This document shows, piece by piece, positions 59,113-64,000 of a stretch of 64,000 bases of DNA. Where the stretch lies: NCBI GenBank assembly GCA_012295275.1, contig CM022670.1:12400001-12464000 (forward strand), in the 5' to 3' direction. This DNA is from Chrysomallon squamiferum (Eukaryota; Animalia; Mollusca). Under the pieces are notes generated by a model that was not told where the DNA came from, made no database searches, and saw nothing but the letters and a program-made list of their open reading frames with translations. Position 1 is the stretch's first letter. Every line of letters starts with the position of its first letter. The translations under genes and the position numbers were made by a program.

Positions 59113-60148
59113 CTGTTTCTACGTGTATGTCTTTAGGTATATTTTTATGTATAAATGTACTATGTATAATATATATGCATGTGTTTGTAATGTAATTTAC
59201 GAATCAAATTACAAATCATCTATCAATTTGATCTCTCTTCTTTCCATTCTAATTCATTTGAGAAATATCAAATCATTATTTCTTTATAAGGTGCATGATA
59301 GCAACGGAACAAACAAAACAAAATCAAGCAAGCAAATAAAATAATAATAATAATAATACTAAAATAAATCTAAAAAAAACTTTGGCGTTATATCCTTAAC
59401 TTTTACGATGATTATTACAACTTACATTATTCATCATCATTACCTTTCTGTTTAGATAAAAAAAAAAAAAAATGAAAAAAGATTAAAGCAATATATTCTT
59501 AATTCGACAAGGTGCAACCACGACTGACTTCGTCTGCTTAACATTATTTTACATCTAAACTACTCTCGTAATTCACGAACAAACGACCTGGTCGTAATTA
59601 TTAACAAATAACAGGCAACATTCGTGAACTTGTGTAAAGTTCAACGCAGGCTAATTGCGACAAATTGTATAATCTTTTCACTCTGCACACAGGCAAAGTT
59701 AATTTTCTATTCAGATCAGGAAACTCTTGACAAATGCTCGAGTGTGCGTAATTGTGTTTGTTAATACCCTGAAGAGACGTCTTCAACTCCAGCATCGGTT
59801 CGTGTCAGAGCCACCTTGCATCTGACACTTTAATGTTCTCTTCTCTGCGACACCAGGCTTCGCTGAGACCAAAATTATTGCCTGGAAATAATGTTAAACG
59901 TGTGACTTAATTAATATACTCGTGTAATTCGTCCCTGTAGAAATTCGGTGATGGTTTGAACTGTGTGGTGCCTTCCGTAATGGTTAGTTTGTGTGTGTTG
60001 TTGAGACTTGCTAATGAGGTTTAGCGTTTTAAAATTTATTTTTATTTATCGTCTCTACGGAAAGTCAACCAAATGCTGATTTGTAGCACAATCCCTTAGA
60101 AACGTAATCCTGATTACCAGGGTAAAAAAAAAATGTTTAAAAAAATAA

Positions 60149-60210
<62 letters not shown>

Positions 60211-61271
60211 GTAAAATAACAATAAGAAGAACAAATATATAAATAAATCTATAATAATAATGCTTTTTAGATTTGCTTGTAAGAACCTAGAGGAAATATT
60301 TATCATTACCATTTTATGTATTATCTGATCTGGTTTTACAGACTGGTACAGGAGTAAATATTTTAATTTAAGCTGAAGTATTCTGTAATGCAGTGTAAAT
60401 GTTTGTTTGATGTGTTTTGTTTCTAGATGAAAGACTTTTCAACGATTTGAAAACATTCAACAAAAATTTGAGAAGTACTTACTCTATAATTATTCAATTT
60501 AAAAAAAAAAAATTTAAACATAAGATTTCAAGATACACAGCCAATCATAGATTTAGAAGAAAAATAAAGTAATACAAATAAAATTCTTATATATATATAT
60601 ATACCTAACCCAAAAAGTTTAGCAAGTTTTTGTAAATGACTGTTGATTCCAAATAAATTAAAATAAAGTGATAAAACTTGATAATATGTTAGTTGCATAT
60701 GACATGTCGCTTTGAGCCTCTTTCACCATTTTGTTAGATATACCCCTCCGTTTCATCAGCCGACATTAAGGTAATGACGTTGACTCCGCGACAACGTGTT
60801 ACTCCTGGCTACATTCAGAAATGCTGTATGGATCAAATAATGTGTACAAATACATTCATCATCCAATCAGGTTGTGTGTATTTCATATCTTGTACGTAAT
60901 TGATAAACTTGTTTGGCACAGTATACATATATATATATATATATTTGTTTTTTTTTATATATTTTTTCTTTCAGTTGGAAGCCTAAATAATTACTTCTGC
61001 ATCTGCTGATGACCATCACAATTAATAATTAATTATAAATATTATTCACACATAAAAACAAATATAATAATGAAAAATAATAAAACGTCTGATTTTCACG
61101 CTCTTGTAATATAGTCTTTCATATTATATTTCAATCAAATAATTTTAAAAAATCAATGCCTTTTGCATTAATAATCCGTTCATTTGCTTTTAAATCAGAA
61201 AATTAAGGTTTCTGATCTCTGAGATTTTTGGAATTAATACTTCTGAGTAATAATTTGTTCAAAAAGATTAC

Positions 61272-61305
<34 letters not shown>

Positions 61306-62712
61306 ATGGCTTTTATAGGCGTAATCAATACAGTTGCATACAAAATATAACCTGACGGTTATTAAGTTTTATAAATCCTTTACATTTTCATTTTGTTTTC
61401 TTTTTTCTTTCTTTCTTTTTAAATTGTTTTTAAAAATATATATAATAGTATTTTTACAAATATTTTCTGTCACAGGCAGTGATGCTGAGAGTTTTCGTTT
61501 TGATTTGATTTTTACGTGTTTACACAAAAACGTGAAAAATGTTCACTGATGCAAGAAAGAGTAAGCGTTTTCTCCATTGGTTGAGAGGAAATAAAGATTA
61601 AAAACATTTTGGTAACTAACCAATTCACAGCCATCTAATTTTTTTCTTAAACAATGATTTTTAACACAATTTATTTTCTTTGTTATCATCGACATCATCG
61701 TCATCGTCGTCATCATCATCATCATCGTCATCATCATCATCTTCAACATCGTCATCATCATCATCATCCAAAATAAAATGCTGATGGAAGTGGATTACGA
61801 GTCAACTCGTAAAAACAAAAGTTCTCTTTTCGCTAAAGCCAAAACGGAAGTCATCAGACCCTTTATGAAAGGAAGTCTCGATAGCATTATCGTATTACAT
61901 TTCACTACAGATGAATTTCAAAGCAGAAATGCCGTTGTGTGACATTTTACAGTAGTCGTGCTCTGTTTTAAATACATCTTACGCAAATATTGATTTTTTA
62001 ATATTTTTTTAAATGATTGAAGATTGTGTTGTTTGTTTTTTTAAGAAACTTAAGATACAATAATGCCTATTCAATTAACATTGTCCTTAAAAAAAAAAAA
62101 AAGGAAAAAATAGAAGACAAAAAACCAAAAAAACCAAAAATGAAGTAAAAAAAAGACAAAAAGAAGAAAAGGAAAAAATAGATCGAAAGAAATGGTCTGC
62201 ATTGTGGATTAGACACATGAAACAAGGGGGTTTGATATGAGCTTCCGAAATCATTAGCTACTGACAGAGCAGGAAATGCGAATTTAGATGGAGAAAAACA
62301 CAAATCTTGACATTTAGATTTAATGCACACTGTAGCGAAAAAAAAAAAAATACGTTCCATCTTTTTGAATCACTTAGTTCCATGTAACACGAGAATAAAA
62401 TCATGATAAAGAGTATTAATGACGTTATTTTTTTACGTAGTTTTCGTTTGAATAATATCTTATTTCTAGAAACATATTATTCTCTCTGTATTATTATTAT
62501 TTCTATTATTTTTGTAATTTTTTTTTAACAAAATTCAGTTTATGTCCTGACATCCTGAATTATTTTGTTTAACGACCGAAAGAACAAACCAAAGAGCGAA
62601 TAAGTCAGCATACGAATCGTGACTGCATGACTCGTATTTAATTCTTTTGAAATATTAACAGTTTTTAAAATATGATTATTTTGTCACTTCGTAAATAGAT
62701 TTTAAAATATAT

Positions 62713-62715
<3 letters not shown>

Positions 62716-62807
<92 letters not shown>
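62716..62807. repeat. (AG)n microsatellite
   Basis: Direct read. Confidence 0.95.
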
Positions 62808-62811
<4 letters not shown>

Positions 62812-64000
62812 AACAATTCATTAGTCTGCAAATATTTTTTTCAATTCTGTATTTATTCAATTATAACTAAATAATTACTTCACCTTAAATGTTTCTCTTA
62901 AAGCTAAAAGAAACAGATCTTAAGGGAATATAAAAAATAAAATAAAAAATATATAAAAAAATATAAAATTAGAATATGTATTTTTAAAAAAAAAAAAAAA
63001 AAAAACACTTAGCTTTCAACGAAGCTTATTTCTGTCTCGCTACACACCTGAGAATCCCTGATAAGTCCTTTTCAAGGTTGTAACATGAGACGATCTCTTC
63101 AGATTAGAAATGAATGCACGCATGTATCATCTTTGTCGTCTGACGGCATTTTACTTCACAGTCGCCATGAAACATTAGAAGAGCAGGTTTTATTAATATA
63201 ACTAGAGTGTTTTGTCTTGTCGTTGACGTGTACTGCTGTGAACTGAACAATGGTGGGCTGTAAACAAGCCAGTGATAGATGCAGAATATGGTTGTTCTGT
63301 TGTGATAAAATTCTCAACCTGCAAATCGAACGTAGGTAGTTATCTTTATCGCAGACTGTCATCAACTGCGTCGATGGATTCAGATAACCAGCATGGATAA
63401 AAATGAAATATTATTTCATATTAAAAAAAAACACTCTGCAAAAAAATAATTTCACAAACGTGCTTCAGGAATGAAAGTGGAATATCATTTATTTTGTGTG
63501 AACGAATATTTGTTTTTAATGATTACAGCGCACATTAATTGTTAATATAAAATTTGCTGAATTTGATTGATTGATTGATTTATTTATTTATTTACTTATT
63601 TACTTACTTAATTGTTTATTTTCTTGTTTGTTTATTTTGTACAGTTACGATATGAGACAGAAAACTTGCTACTGCTCCTCCTTTAGCTTTATAGGTAGAA
63701 TTTGAAGTAATCAAATCTACTTGCTGCAAAGAATTAATCCTGCACCTCGAACATTCTAATGGTGTTTATGTAAATGTTAAAAACTGGTAATCTGAGAAAG
63801 GAAATAGTTATCTTTTAATCGATAATGACTTTCTAAAATTAGCTAAAGTGTTGATGTAATTTATGTCAAGGCATAACTCATTTCAAACAAAATTTTTATT
63901 TTTGCATTCATTTTAAGAGAAGGTATATAATCATAATATTTTTTCTCTCATCCCGTCAGAAAGTTCCTGTATATGTTATTTTGTTGGTTTCGATCATTTT

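Noticed and set aside
59000-64000. Gene B exon 3
   Set aside because: No C-x-Q...GVF-type exon was found, so it presumably lies beyond the window.

Overview
AT-rich, microsatellite-dense animal genomic DNA. The lineage looks lophotrochozoan or mollusc-like, which is inference only. The window holds a cluster of three ionotropic glutamate receptor (iGluR, AMPA-type) paralogs. Gene C is on the - strand (exons 1-2 at 2320-244, continuing off the left edge) and lies head-to-head with gene A. Gene A is on the + strand and complete: 17 coding exons at 9628-38567, about 916 aa, with consistent splice phases throughout. Gene B is on the + strand (exons 1-2 at 51987-58851, continuing off the right edge). 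The standout observation is in gene A intron 11. A 45-nt segment (34295-34339) is an ungapped reverse complement of the pore-loop exon end plus its splice donor (32496-32540). It places an A·C mismatch exactly on the Q/R-site adenosine (32509), so it is a candidate editing-complementary sequence (ECS) for ADAR Q/R recoding in an invertebrate AMPA-type receptor. Also present are atypical ligand-binding residues in gene A, a decayed LIM-domain (possibly CH+LIM) gene between A and B, a 73-bp-arm hairpin, a Tc1/mariner-type MITE, minisatellites and many simple repeats. Nearly all supplied ORFs are microsatellite artefacts.
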